Below the pieces are notes generated by a model, which was given only the letters and a program-made list of their open reading frames with translations, made no database searches and was not told the DNA's origin. From contig CM060732.1 in assembly GCA_030704615.1 (NCBI GenBank), positions 20,956,001 through 21,020,000 of the forward strand: a stretch of DNA of 64,000 nucleotides. Reading direction: 5' to 3'. Both the position numbers and the translations under genes were made by a program. Positions 11,990 through 25,350 of this stretch are shown here, one piece after another; within the stretch, counting starts at the first letter, position 1, and each line of letters starts with the position of its first letter. This DNA comes from Takakia lepidozioides (taxonomy: Eukaryota > Plantae > Bryophyta).

Positions 11990-12595
11990 AGCTGACCTCA
12001 GTGTCAAGCTGACACTCAACACATTCCAAGTCATTGGTGTTCTTGCTGTTCTTTTTCTTCGTGTAGTGAAGGATCTCCTTCACTGTCTCATAGATCTCAT
12101 TTGGCTGCCACCTATAAATTGTGGGGCCAAAATTCAATGTGGCCAACTCTACATGCCGGGTTTCAATCAGACTTCGTAGACGTGGTGCTGCTTCAGGATC
12201 CTTCTTCATGTTTGGTGGATCCGCAATCAGGCCAGCCTCACCCAACCATTCTCTCACGATCCGCCTATTGGTCATCAGGGTTAGATACTGGCTATGCCAG
12301 TGTTGCCTAAGTAGATCTTTGCCATATTTCCTAGAGGGATCCTTGTCTTTCCGTCGAGGGGGACAAAATATGTCCCTGTAGGAAGGCACAGCCACTTTTG
12401 GCACCTCTGCTGACTCAACTCCCATAGTACAGCAGATCTACAAACCACTTTGGATTTAGGGACTGTAGGCCTCTCCCAACAAGTCTCTTTTGTCCTACTG
12501 TTGAAGTAGTACCGCTGCCCCCACTCCAAAGCTGTTGCCTCCTGCCAATGCTCAGGTAAGGCTTTGAGAGGGGGGGGAGGGGGGGGGAGAAACAT
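11990..12595 (-). pseudogene. WW-domain-containing ORF inside the CACTA element (frameshift near 12425)
   Basis: PPPPPPLKALPEHWQEATALEWGQRYYFNSRTKETCWERP fits the WW consensus, followed by an ORF of unknown family. Confidence 0.7.
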
Positions 12596-15500
12596 CTTCC
12601 TGTATCAGCCCGGATGGTTGTGCTAGGATCCTGGGACTTTTAAAAGGCCCCTTGCTTCCAGCCTTCCAATTTGTCTTCATCTGCAGACAAATTGGACAGA
12701 CTGCATTAATTGACAGCATTAATAGAGGTACAAGAGCTAGGACCTAGAGGACGAACTGCATTTTTTACAAAAACTATTTCGTTTGTGAACAGTAGGTCAT
12801 TGGCCGAGTGCATTTCGGGGCTGAATTTCCATGGAGAATCCCAGCCTCCATGGGAAGTAGGCGCTGAAGGTATGTTATAGTCTACATCCCCAGGACTACT
12901 CAATCAACACATTCTGTCCATGTCCTTTAGTTGGCCTGTCTATGGAGCCTATGAAGTCTCTACTCTCCATCTCTCTGTTGGTTTTCTGTGTTGGTCTACT
13001 TGCTTCCCTCGAAACTTTCAGCTCCTGCAGATGTAATAAGTTGTTTTTCTCTATCTTTGTTTCTTTCTCTCTCTCTCTCATGCTTTGTGAATAACCTAAT
13101 CGACTAACATCACAAATGCAGCCACAGAGGACAAGAGAATGGACACCAGACCTCAAGCTGCAGCTCAACGCAGTCAGCAAATCAACATCAGCCGTCAATT
13201 CTTCTGTATTCGTCAGTCGAACAGCTACACGCACCCGCCTTTCTTCCAAGGTTAGAATGAATCCTGCAATCGTATGAGAACCGATTCTCTGCACCTTCGC
13301 CATCGCTACTCCCGCCATCGCTGCTCTCAAGACATCATTATCATTCATCCAACATTCATCCATCGAAATGATCCATCTAATATCTCCACACTAGGGGCTC
13401 GAAGGTGATTCCATTTGGTAATGGACACACACATTCAGAAGATGACTGTGGAGCGCAAAGAAAATGAATAGCATGTTGAATATCTCGCCGCGAGTTTGAC
13501 TTGGCATCCTTCGACATCATTTCAAAGGAGCCCAAAGGTCCGCTTCTTTTATCCTCACAAGATGTTGTCTTTTGTCCGAGGTTGTGCTGTTTTTCCTGCT
13601 TCACACTGTTGGTTGGTAAGTGAGCGGTGAAGAGAGTAGTACTATAATTGGGCAAGGTTAACGGGTAAGGAGTGTATGAGGTACAAGCCCTACTGGAGAC
13701 ACCTGCCAGGGAATACTCATCACTGAGCTTTAATATGAGGCAATCATCAGGTTAATCTTAAGATAAGCGGATGCCACATCACTGGCATGATCGTTCTCCA
13801 CCAGTTTCAGTCTGTACTACAACGTGTGCTGGCGAGGCTATTAGTAGGACTTTAAGATAAGCAAATGCAACATCACTGGTATGGCGGTTCTCAGGAATGG
13901 CAGGATTCCTCATACGACATGACTATCTATGAAGAATCTGGTAGAATCTGGTAGAGGAATTCTTTCTGAAGATCTCCCTTTCGCTCACTCTCCCTCCGTT
14001 GTTTCTTTTGATTGGATTGGAGTGTTATTCTAAGTGAAGGAAGGGTATTTAATATAGCTGGGAGAGGGTGCAGGTGCAAGATTTATCACTATGCCATGGT
14101 GAGCATTCAACCAAAAAGACTAAAGGGAAATGTTCCAAACTTGTTTTATCTATGTCTAATATGAAAAATTGTGCATTGTGTAGGTACACACTGACCGAGG
14201 AGGAGTTCCGCTCGCACACCTGCTTAGGGTGTAAATGTCACGACTGCGAAAGACGGCAATGGCTAAGGAGATGTGGCATACAGATGTTGCCACCATTCAT
14301 GTGCCAGTGCAGGACCGTCTATTAGGCTAGGACTCGGAAAAGACACTCCGTTCTCCCTTCCCTAGCCCCCTCCCTTCACATTGTGAACCCCCAGCCTTTG
14401 TCATCTTTAGAGGCTTGTGGGGGAGCTGGGATTGATGTCATGGTGCACAATGCAGCAGATGATTGCCCTGTAAGTTTGTCTCCAATAACTCCCCTTACAT
14501 GATCCATCTACCTTGGTGATGCAGTTGACCTGATGAACTACATGGCATCTCTAATCGTAATAGGAATATGGAGTGCACAATGACCTTTTGGACAGGAACA
14601 TCAACAGTTGGTACGTAGTGAGGATGTGATTAACGGACGTTCAAATAAAGGAAGATGACACGTCTTTGATTTCATTTGTGCAGGTGACATCTACCTTATT
14701 CCCCACTGGAGATAAAGGTATTCACTCAAACTTCTCCCCAGGTTCTTTTTAAGCCTAAATGCACTGTCAGTAGATCTGGATGGCTGTACCGAGAGCCCAC
14801 ACACTCTAGTGTTTTCAAGCTACATGCACTCATGTATCTCCAAAATGTAAGATAGTGGGCAGCAATTCTAAGCTACAGATGTGGGTGCATTTCAGGCTGG
14901 TTACTTGCATCCCTCCTCTTTCTTCTATTTGTCTGTGTTGTGAAGTACCCATTTCAGTTCATTTCATTTCTCCTTTGTGCTTACAAGTTCTTACTCCTCG
15001 CTTTCCAGCACTTTTTCTGTACTGTACCCACTGGTAGGAGATGATGAACTCAGTGGGGAATCTTAAGCAGCTACTCACTCCTATTTAAGAAGTGGTTATA
15101 TTTTCTTGCTCTGTGGTTGAGTCTTTCAATAAAAGGCTGCATGTTCCTTTGCGTCCTTTTCGTTGCCTTGGTTATGGTCTCTTTGCTTATATTCCAAATG
15201 TAGGTCCGGAGTTTAATCTGTAGTCTGCACTACCATGGATATGTGCATTCCAGGCTGCGTTTTGAGAGAAGGGGATGCAGTACCACTCCGATAAGAGTCG
15301 AGATAAGAATAAGAAGAACCAAGGTTTGGACTATCCAGACCAGCCATTGCATTTGATTATTTGGGGGTGTGGAAGAGCATTTCATCACAGGCTAATATTC
15401 AATGATTGTTTAAGAGTGGACTCGGTGTGTGGGTTCTATGGTGTTTTACTCTCTGTTGGTAAACAATGCGTTTTATTCTTGGTGAAGTCTGATATTGAGC

Positions 15501-16029
15501 CAATTAAGGAATGGGGTATACTCCATGACTTGTGCATGAAAAAATAGGACATGTGACTTGTTGTGTGGGTTGGTTCGACTCTGATGCTGACCTAGAGGTC
15601 TGGTCTGTTGTTGATACTTCCAGTTGCACACGCTAAAAAGTTCAAGCAGATTTGGGAGGCTTACAAGAATCTCCAGAACAGACGGAGTTGGTAAGGAGCT
15701 ATGCATGTCAATCAAGGAGGGTTGCAAAGGGCAGGGCTATACAACTTCAAAGAGTGGCCTTTGGCCTTTCCATGTGCCTGTCTCAACCTCAACAAGAAGT
15801 CACTTCATACCAAAAATCACTCCCCTCCCTTCCTAAACATCTGCAAAAATGGGATTAGTTGGAGTCTACTAGAATCTCCTTAACATAACGATCTGAACTA
15901 CGGTTGACCTCTCTGCCGCTCCATAGCCACCTCCAGCTGCTGTGCTTCTATAACCGCCACTTCCATAGCTGGCCCCCGCAGCACTGTCATATCCACTGTT
16001 GCCATACCCACTGCCACCATATCCTCTGT

Positions 16030-19000
16030 TCATGGCTGCACCATAGCCTCCGCTGCTTCCATAGCCTGCACCACCATAGCCTCAATGAAAAAACATTTTC
16101 TTCTTTGACAGAGAGCCCTTGACCTTGTCTCCACCCCTTGGAGGAGCTGCAACAGGAATATCCAAGCACAAATTACCCACAGAATGGGTTTAACAAACCT
16201 GCCACAACAAACATGCCATGCAAGTTCCTTGTAAAAGGTGTGGGGACGTGACTGGATTAAGGGTGCAGGCACTGAGCAGGCCAGATGGCAAGGCACCTTT
16301 GTTTGCGTCACTAGGCTGGTGTGTTCTTTGCCAACTGCTACCTCCTGCCTCAACCAATGTAGAACACCCACCAACGGCACCCGCAGCATCTCTGGCAACT
16401 GCACATATAGCAGATCTGCATTACTCTCCATATACATAAGGATCCGTAAAAGCAACAGAAGGCTAACACAATGCTTTCCAATAGATGAAAATGCTCTCCA
16501 TGGAAGTGCAGACCATGTACATACCTTAGATTGTTCCTTCCAAGGTTAACCTATCTCAGGGTCGCAGATAGGCAATACTATATCCTTCTCCTTGTGGGGC
16601 ATGCGCAATTTTCATAAACTTACAAAGAAGCAATTCCACAGGACGAATGCACGTGTGGTCGTAGGCAAACATCTGATTGTTCAGCACAACATGCATGTCA
16701 GTTGATTTGTCGACAAGGTCCATCGTGGTCTCAGCAGGACCAACTACATCTTGAAGCTGTAGGTAGTAGTCTGCGGAAAAAAAAAACTTGAATTTCCCCA
16801 TCAAATTCATGAGCAAAGAATCTCTTGATTTTGGCCTTATATGGCATAGCAACATCAGGGTCCCCTTGAACAACAACGTCACATCCGGGCCTGTAAAGCT
16901 TTCCCCGAAGTTGTGCACATTTAGCATACACCTCTGTTCCTCCGACAAACCATCTTCATCAACTTGGACATGACCTTGGTAAGAATTTGCCTTGCATAGT
17001 ACTGAATATAAGATACCTCCATCTGTTTGTAGTTAGTGGATACCTTATGAAATCTTGACACCAGGCGTTCGTACGGGAAACACCAATACACCTCATGAGG
17101 TCCAAACCGCAGTACGTCTTCAAGCACATGGGCAGCACCTAGAACACACAAACCAAATCTATTGGCTTATCCATACATATGAGTTGTCACTGCATAATCT
17201 GAATACCTGTGGGACTTGTTGTCAGAATCCAAATGGTGGTGTTCCAAATGTTCTTTCATAAAGTCTTCAAACAAGAAGAAAAAACAAGGCAATACCTATA
17301 TTCAGAGCAACTGAAGACTTCACACACCTGAAACGTGCTCCAAGGGGGCCCCATTTGGCCCATCCAACTCCTCTGCCAGAACACGCCAATAACCGAGCAA
17401 TGTCTTTACAACTTGTAGGTCTTCTGTGGTCCACCCCCTAGCCCTGGAATAGTTGAATAGATAGTGGCAAATGTCCACCAAAATGAGCCCCAACTTTTGC
17501 CTTGCCTCAGAAATCCAACCGTCAACCATATTCTAAACATGAGGCAGAACCCATTGTACAAATAATTGGTTTTCTTCTGCCATAAAAGATGTGTGATTCT
17601 CCACAGGGTTGTGTGGCCAACGACCTTGCCGAAATTCATATGGTCGTTCAGATGATACCATGAAACACAAGGATCTCAATTCCTCAAAATCAAACCCAAT
17701 ACCTCTGAGGTCAGCAAACAACTTTGCAGTGTAGTTTTTGAAAAGGTTGAGACTTGTAATGTGCATGACATCGAAGACTAAATCCAATGAAATGTCAAAA
17801 TCGTAAAGATGATATAAACGCCAAAGGACAGATTCCCCTGATATGCCACCTTCTTGTAGTAGAGCTTCTTTCTCTTGCGCACTCGAGGCTTGCTTCCATC
17901 TCCTTACACTGGCATACAATTCATCACTCGAACGCCTCAATGGAGGTTCGATCAACTGTTGGCGGTTGTTACCATACACATAGTGGCCATCCACATAGGC
18001 TGAATGGCAAACACACCTTCGACACGGTGATTTGCCAGAAGACTTGAGCATTCCAATCTTTGTTTGGGCAGGATGGTCCCCCGTAATCAGCATCAACATC
18101 ACCCTCAAAGTGACAGGACCTCTTGTGGTGGCGAGATGTGTACTAATCAACTGAGGGGCATATGAATAGTTAGCCCTAAAGCCCTCTTGGAATAATGATT
18201 CTAACTCTTCAACAAACGGACGAAGAAATAATGTCCTAGCTTCTTTCACTCTTGTAAGAAGAACATCTTGTACCGTGTGCAACAACACAGGGAGGATGCC
18301 TAGAGTATCATTCTTTCCAGTATTCAATATTCGGACCTCAACAACCCAACAGCTCCTGGTGGTGTGGCGAGTAGGTTGGAATCCATCCCAATGAGCAACA
18401 AGACCAATATTTCTGGGATCACCCTAGCACACACAATCAAAATTAGAACCATAAGCATGTCAACCTTTCCATGCCTAATTAACATGAAACCTTTCTGAGC
18501 CTAGCATTTTTGGTTGGTAAATACCTGGCACATGGTTTTGGCTGCAACAATCGGATACCGACATCTTCGGCATCGAAAAGCATAAACGCTCCGAGTATCA
18601 TCCCAACCATTGAGTAGCTCATCACACTTCCTTGGGAAAGCTTTATGGCTCATTTTGCAATTGGCTCGGGGACACACTACTGGAAGCTCCCATTGCTTTT
18701 CAGGATCCCAAAATTCTTGGGTGAGCCTTACTTTTTCACCATCCCAAAAATCCCTTATAGAATTTGGAGCATCCTCAAAACCTTTCCCTTTCCATCTCTC
18801 GCGGTTCCTCCACATGGTCAGAATCTCATGGCAAAAAGTTTTGGACCTCAAGATCAATGACAATTGAGGCCCAATTGGCAAATAATCAAGAGAAACCATT
18901 TCTTTCCTGGGCATACTGCAGTGTGGGCACCTTTCAGCACATCGTTGGCAATCCCTCTTGTTCATACCGCATTCGCATTGAGTAATGCTACCTGCCCTAT
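16030..19000 (-). pseudogene. CACTA/EnSpm (Transposase_21-like) transposase, spliced, with stops and frameshifts
   Basis: DFWDGE, GDPRNIGLVAHWDGFQP, LRPFVEEL, GDHPAQ..PCRRC, DVMHITSLN, FGPHEVYWCFPYER. Intron 18524-18424; in-frame stop at 17533. Confidence 0.88.
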
Positions 19001-19344
19001 AAGAATCCTCATTGCTTGGAGGGAATACAATGCCTTTGTGCGCGTATTCAAGTGTCCCAACACATAATCGCCATCTCTAGGATGTGACCATTCCCAATCG
19101 ACAATACACATCCATCAATTGCCTCCAAGATCGAGGTGTAGAGAAGGATGCATGGCTGATGTCAGAGAGCATTCCAGAACATGGTGGATTGACAAATAGG
19201 AGACAGCCAGAGCCATGAGTCTGAGGACCTAGGTGACCCACAACACTAGTTCACTTTTGAGATAACCAGTAGATTTGGATGCATACATCAATATGCCACT
19301 GCTGAAAACAGATGGGTTCAGTCAAACAGTGGCAGCCAAATTCT

Positions 19345-19480
19345 GTTCGCGGGAAAAACAATTCTGCCGTGGGGACAGAATGGCTTGGGGATCAAATAGC
19401 CTCTTCCAATGGAGAAAATGGTGCCACTTGCTTCCAAAGTGGAGCTGCCAGTCAGCTTTGTCTTGATACTCTGGATGTTG
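19345..19480 (-). pseudogene. CKX: Captured C-terminal fragment of a cytokinin oxidase/dehydrogenase
   Basis: PEYQDKADWQLHFGSKWHHFLHWKRLFDPQAILSPRQNCF matches the CKX C-terminal pattern W..HFG.KW..F...K..FDP.AILSPGQ.IF. Confidence 0.7.
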
Positions 19481-20652
19481 CCCTGAGGCATGACCGGCGC
19501 GAAGGCTGAGAGCGCTAGCATGACCAGCTCTAACACTCTCTTCCTCCATACATGCAACATTTGGATATGGCCCTACACAAAGTGATGCCTACAAGACTCT
19601 CATCTCAGGCCCCTAACCAGGTTTATTTCTCTAACACGCCAAACTTGACCAAGTAAGACCATCCAAAACCTCGCTGCAGAAGTGTTTTCCCTCTAAAAGA
19701 ACGACACAGCCCCCCAGTATCAACAATATATAGCAAGGAAGCATACATCTGGCGAGGAAGCGTTGGAAAAGAAATAACACCCCTTCTAACATCAAAGCGA
19801 TACCTTGACAAGTGATGCATGGAGGGAGTTCAGATTGTAAGGTTGTTGTAAGTCATCCACCCAGCGCTCCAGATTGCCCTCTCTCTTTGCACTGCCACCC
19901 TGCTCCACATGCCCCTAGAATATGAGCATTGGTTGGGAACCTCAGGTCATTTCTTTGGTCTGCCTTTCTTTGTACCCTGAGCTAAGAAAGAAGTAGCATG
20001 CTACTAAACCAGATTTCAACAGACTCCAGTATTTCACTTGCAAGCATTTCTGCTTAGAATCACTTGTAAACCTGAGGGAAAAGTAAGGAAGCCTAACGTC
20101 CGCGAGAAGACTGGAAAACTGTGTCCGCATGTCCCTGTCCCATACCTCACCCAAAGGTAAGTATCTCAGTGTCCAGAAGCAGACGGTGTCATAATAGAGG
20201 ATAAATGTACTACTAATCAACAACTAACAGCTTTCTGACCAAAATCATACCTCCAGAATAGATAAATCCATGACCTCTGTCACCTTTACTTCACGGGATT
20301 AGTGGAAACAGAGGCAGGCAGTTATACACAAAGCTTGACTTCAAACAAGGAGACACCAAAATCATACCTCACCATGTTCCGAGTAGGTACCAAAGAGATG
20401 TACGTACCAAAGAGATGGTTATGGAGATTCCTATTTTACATGTGCTCGTAAACCAGGATCTGCACCCCCAGAGGTAGCAACACAGGTTAGCAATGAAAAA
20501 GTCGAGGCACATTGCCATTTCACACATCCCTTACCCCACCCCTTTTCTACAGGACCCCACCTTCTACCTTTGACATTTGCATTACCTTGACCAGACTTCA
20601 AAAGTAAAACCCTTGACCATAACCCTGGCAGGCCACCCGGTCTCTTTGTATG

Positions 20653-20810
20653 CCCTGCCCTCTAGGAAGCCTATCGCCATTGGGTGCACTTGAAAGAAGG
20701 GAAGGAAAAAAAGAATGGAAACCCACATTTGTCTTTTTCCTGCATGTCAAAAAGGCTTATGTGGAGAGATGGTCTAAGGCGCTGACTCTGGTCTTCAGGG
20801 ATTAATGGTA
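20653..20810 (+). mobile_element. Internally deleted remnant of the LINE family (5' end joined to an RT fragment)
   Basis: CCCTCTAGGAAGCCTAT..CATTGGGTG is the LINE 5' end; it is followed directly by degenerate GRKKEGKPT.VFFL.VKKAY coding sequence. Confidence 0.75.
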
Positions 20811-21060
20811 GGTGGGTCGGCTCAGACAAAGCAGTAAAAAGACCAGCTTGCATACAAAGCTGGGGAGTGTCAGAGGAGAAGAAAATGTGGGGAAAAATCT
20901 CAAATAATGACCTATAATAGCCATCTGGCATGCCTTCAGCCAGTCTTCCTTCAGCCAGTCTTCCTACGTAGAACATAGAATTGGTCTTTCTGTGAAATCT
21001 GGTGTAACTTACAAGGTGGAGACAAGTAAGGATACTTGAAAGGTGCTGCATTTCTCCATA

Positions 21061-21265
21061 CCTCATTGCAGAACTCAGACTGGCCTTCTTTACTGGTGAT
21101 ACAGCCTGAAGCACGCTTATGGCCAGAGTCTTCCCATCCTTGAATGCTCCAAAATAGACTTTGCCAAACCCCCCCCCAATCCAACTTCATGCGTTGGATT
21201 GAAGCCCTCGCCCTCTGCTGCCTTCGCTAGTTCTTGGAAGGTGTATCGTCAAACACATTTTCTGG
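21061..21265 (-). pseudogene. Captured receptor-like kinase fragment (subdomains I-III)
   Basis: RYTFQELAKA..GFNPTHEVG.GGFGKVYFGAFKDGKTLAIK..KEGQSEFCNE with frameshifts, ending at a GT donor. Confidence 0.8.
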
Positions 21266-22319
21266 GAATTGGGGATCAATGAGGGTTGCGAACAATCTGG
21301 GGGAGAAGTGAGATACTATGAGGAGGCTCATGCTATTCTATATGTGGGCGATGTGAAGCCAATCTAAGTCTTACCTTAATTTTACCATTTAGGAAAATAG
21401 ATTTTACCTCATAGCCCTATTTACTATGAGGTAAAGCCTAGAAGAATTACCTTAAGAGGATTCCGGCAATCCTTCCTACCTTCCTTGTGAAGGTGATAAT
21501 AAGTGACAACCAAGCGAAGAGCGTACATAGCTGCGTAGGTAGACCCACTACATATCCACCATTAACTCAGATGGGTTTTGTCTTCGTCAGAAGAGCTGGT
21601 GGGGCCAGGACAAGGAACAACAAAAGGACATAAAAAAGGATCTCCTTGGCTCCTCGTTGGGCTCCACCACACAATCTCAATCTTCAATTGTGAAGCTGGT
21701 TTTCCCTTTCATACAATCGCTATAGTGAACAGAGCCTCATCATCATCATGCTTGAAACCATGCTACCCGGTTGACGCAACTTTCAAGTTCCTGCTGGTGG
21801 CTCTACGTCTCACGTTAACACTTAATACGCCAGCCGGCCATGCCACAAGCCCTTACACAGTCAAGTGGAACTACAGAACTAAAGCTGTTGGCTATGGTTA
21901 GTAGTTGAGTTAGACGCGTTATCCAGCACTCCTGACGGCACCAAAGCAGGAGAAGTGACAACTTGGAGAGAGGACGCAAACCTTATATTTCCAACAGCCT
22001 TGAGACAGAGCGCATGAGAGACGCTAACAGCACACCTCAGTCACTAGGCGCAGCAGGCTACTTGAGCAGCGCCAGGGAGCTATGGCGGCAATTTCAGCCA
22101 TACGCTGACCCTGAGTATTTTGGGGGAGCGGCCAGCGTATTTAGGCGGGTGGGTAGGGACTATTCCATGAAGCCAAATTGTCAACATCACTTTTGAACCT
22201 GCATCTACTTCTACTTACCTCGAGCAACCATTGCTCCCTCTTGCTTTCCTTTCGTGTGTTGATCATATGAAATGTAGAATTGACAGCTTCTTCTCATCAG
22301 ATTGTGTCAGATTTGAGCC

Positions 22320-25300
22320 CCAAAACAAATTCAGATATCCAGCTTCTGACATGACCCTGCACAGCTCTATAAAAAGACCCAAGTGGGGTGACTGTACAAA
22401 TGGGTGTAACTGTCCCCAAGAGGAAACAACCAAAGCTCGTAGAGGTAGATATATTAACACAAAGAAAGAAATCAAACTATTCTAGTATCACCTATAGCCT
22501 GAAGAAGGACAGACAACAAGAAAGAGAGTGGATCAGAGAGTGCGGGGAGGTGAGATGAAGCCGCCCAAGCAACCTCTGCCCGACGTAAAATAGATTGAGC
22601 TTGAGCCTTTTGCAAAGCAACAGAAAATCGTTGTCTAAAGAAAGCTACAAGAACAGAGGCGTATGGGCTTCCAAGGCTTTTGTTTTCTGCTGCACGATGG
22701 GCACATGTGCGATGGAACTCGTTGAACTGATGATGCAAACAACCAAAGATCTCGACTGCCAAAGGAAGGAATGTGTCTGTGGAATGACGTGCCCGATAGT
22801 CATGCTCCTTTCCCTGCACAACTACTGAAGCGGCAACTCCCTGTGATGAGGCTGTGTGGGGCAAGAGATCCGACCTAGTAGGATCAGCGATGACAACGTC
22901 CGCCAATGTACGCAGTCCGTCCTGTGAGAGAACAATGTCAACCCGTCGTCAAGTGGAATGGTGTTTGTGGGTCGATGGGAGTATGTGCACCTGCTCTCGA
23001 ATGACATGTATCCCAGCATCACGAGCAACCACAGCTGCTGCATCCCGGACGACGTCATGGGTCGCAGTGCGTTCTCCACTGCAGGTGCAACGAAGAAGAT
23101 GTATGCCGAGTGAATCGAGAGGATGGCGACAAACACATTGTTGTAGTCCTAACACAAAGGGATGCGGAAGACCCAGTCAAACTCGTAGGGAGGTGGTAAA
23201 TACAGTAGAAGACATACAGAAGGGTGCAATGGTTGGTCGTACCGTGAGCCACGCGCCTACTCCGGGCCCTGCGCACAAGAGAAGTCTGGCCCGATGTGCA
23301 TCTGAAGGAGCGTCGGAAAGCATGCTGGCAAATGAGTGTCGGTGCACGCGTTCCATGATGGTATCCTGTAAATGGTCCAGACCTTGAGTGACCAACTGTT
23401 CAAAGGGTGGCAGACAAGCCCGTGGTGGTGTTGGGATGAGATCCCGCACTGAACGAAGATGTTGTTGGAAGGACAAAGAGCCATCGTCGATGTGGGCAAC
23501 CACCTCCATGAGAAAAGGGCGTTGCTGACACAGAAACCGAGATGCCAAGGCTGGAGCGACTAAAGCCCAACTACCTAGGAAGGCAGCAGGGGCAGTGACG
23601 ACTGTGGATAGTAAATCCATTCCTCCAGAAGAGATCAGGAGGGTAGCCTGACGACATGCCAAGGGCCCCTGCTCACTATCAAATGCACTTGGGCCTAATA
23701 GACGACCAAAAATCCCCATAACAGTCGTATCAAAAGAAGACAGAAGCTCCACAAACTGGGGAGTGGGGGGAAGGAACAACGCAAAAGATAAGAAGGTCAC
23801 TGTAAAAAGCATTGGTGAGAATGCCATGGGCTACCTGCATATCACCTAGTTTGGGAAGAAGCTCTATATGGCTTGTATCCTGTAGCAAAGCGTCTTGGAG
23901 GAAAGATGTTGTGTAAGGGGTACTACCAAAGGGAACACATAACACTTGAATACCCTCAGATGGTGCTAGAAAGTCGACAGGGGGCACGAAATCTGAAGGC
24001 AGACCAGAGGGTGACAAAACTGTGGATTTGCGAGGTTGAACAGTGAGCCCAAGAGAGTGAAGTTGGGTAGCAAAGTGATGGAAAGCCAAGAGGATATCAG
24101 TGGGAGGGCCAGTGATGTGGGTATCATCAGCAATAGAAGGAAATATACAGGATTGGAAGGCTTGCGCAGATGAGCGAAGGGCTCGGAAGTGGGCAAAAGC
24201 AAAAAGAGGTCCCCCTAATGGATCGCCCTGACGGGTTCCTATTTCGGACTGGATTATAGAAAGATCTCCGGTACAGGTGTGATGACTGTAAAACAAAGGG
24301 GTGGAGGAAGCATAAAACAATCTCACAAAGGGAATGAGTTGATGGCATGCACCGCCGGCTGATCGCAATTCTTGAAATATTGCTGATCTGGACACCGTGT
24401 TGAAGGCGTTGGTCACATCCACCTGAAGGACGACCCAGTCTGGATGAAGGTCAATGGAAGCCCGAATCCCATGCACCACCACTTCACAACCTCCCGGAGT
24501 AGCGACCCCAAACTGATGTGGAGAAAAGTGAGAAGAAAAGACCTCCTGAAACTGGATGCAGATAGAGCGGCTCACCAAGCGATACAGAACCTCCCCCACT
24601 GCAATAGGACGAATCCCACCTGTGTTCTTGGACATGACCAAGAGCCGTGTTGCTCCAAGCAAACGTGCTACTGGGGTAGGTATATGTCCCATCGCAATGA
24701 AAGAGCAAACTTGGAACAGCTGGGAAAAGCCACTAGCAGAGTCATGTGGATTGAGACAGTCACGGAGGTGTTCATACACCAAACCAGACGGACCGGCTGC
24801 TGCAAGATGAGGGCTACGAGTGAATGCTTGTATGAAAGTATCGCGATCCAATTGAAGGTCCTCATCAGGTTCAAAGTCCTCCAGAAAGGAAGGAAGGATG
24901 TCATCCGCACTGGGGTGGAGATTCTCCAAAGCTATGACAGTATCAGCCGAAGGCGGTGCTGGGGTAAGAGGAGCAAGAGCTCGAGCTGCACGGAAATACT
25001 CTCATGCCCGGCCTAGCATAAGACTCCGACGAAGACGCATGTGGATGGATGGAGTTGCCTGGTGTGGGCTATCATGAGCTATTCGTGCCGCAAGTGCTTG
25101 TGCACGTAGATAATGTTGCAATTTTAAGAAAGTTAGGTTCCAACAAGCTGAAGTCAGTGAGATGAAGTCTGCATCAGGAAGATGACAAACAAGAATAATA
25201 CTGGAGCACACGAAGAGTTCCAAGGAAAATCTCCCAATGGTGGAATATGAATTGAAGAACCAATTTGAAGGTCACGGATCTTCCTACTGCAATCGAGGAG

Positions 25301-25350
25301 GGAAATTGATCGTATATACCTAGTCGAAGAAATTTGTTTTACTTCCAAAA
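22320..25350 (-). mobile_element. Non-LTR retrotransposon with RT + CCHC + restriction-like endonuclease (CRE-like clade), degenerate
   Basis: RT motifs: IRPIAVGE, QFGV, VDVTNAFN, GTRQGDPLG, SIADD. C-terminus CVC..LGIHLLRC..HD, RVDIV..ADVVIADP..K..Y..FLPLAVE. Several frameshifts; boundaries approximate and no TSD found. Confidence 0.85.

Larger units (their letters stand above)
4018..21489 (-). mobile_element. CACTA/EnSpm DNA transposon (CACAA-type termini), 17.5 kb, with captured gene fragments and a nested LINE
   Basis: 15-bp TIR CACAAGGAAGGTAGG at 4018-4032, reverse complement at 21475-21489. 3-bp TSD AAG at 4015-4017 and 21490-21492. TTACC/GGTAA subterminal motifs at both ends. Internal CACTA transposase. 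Confidence 0.92.
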
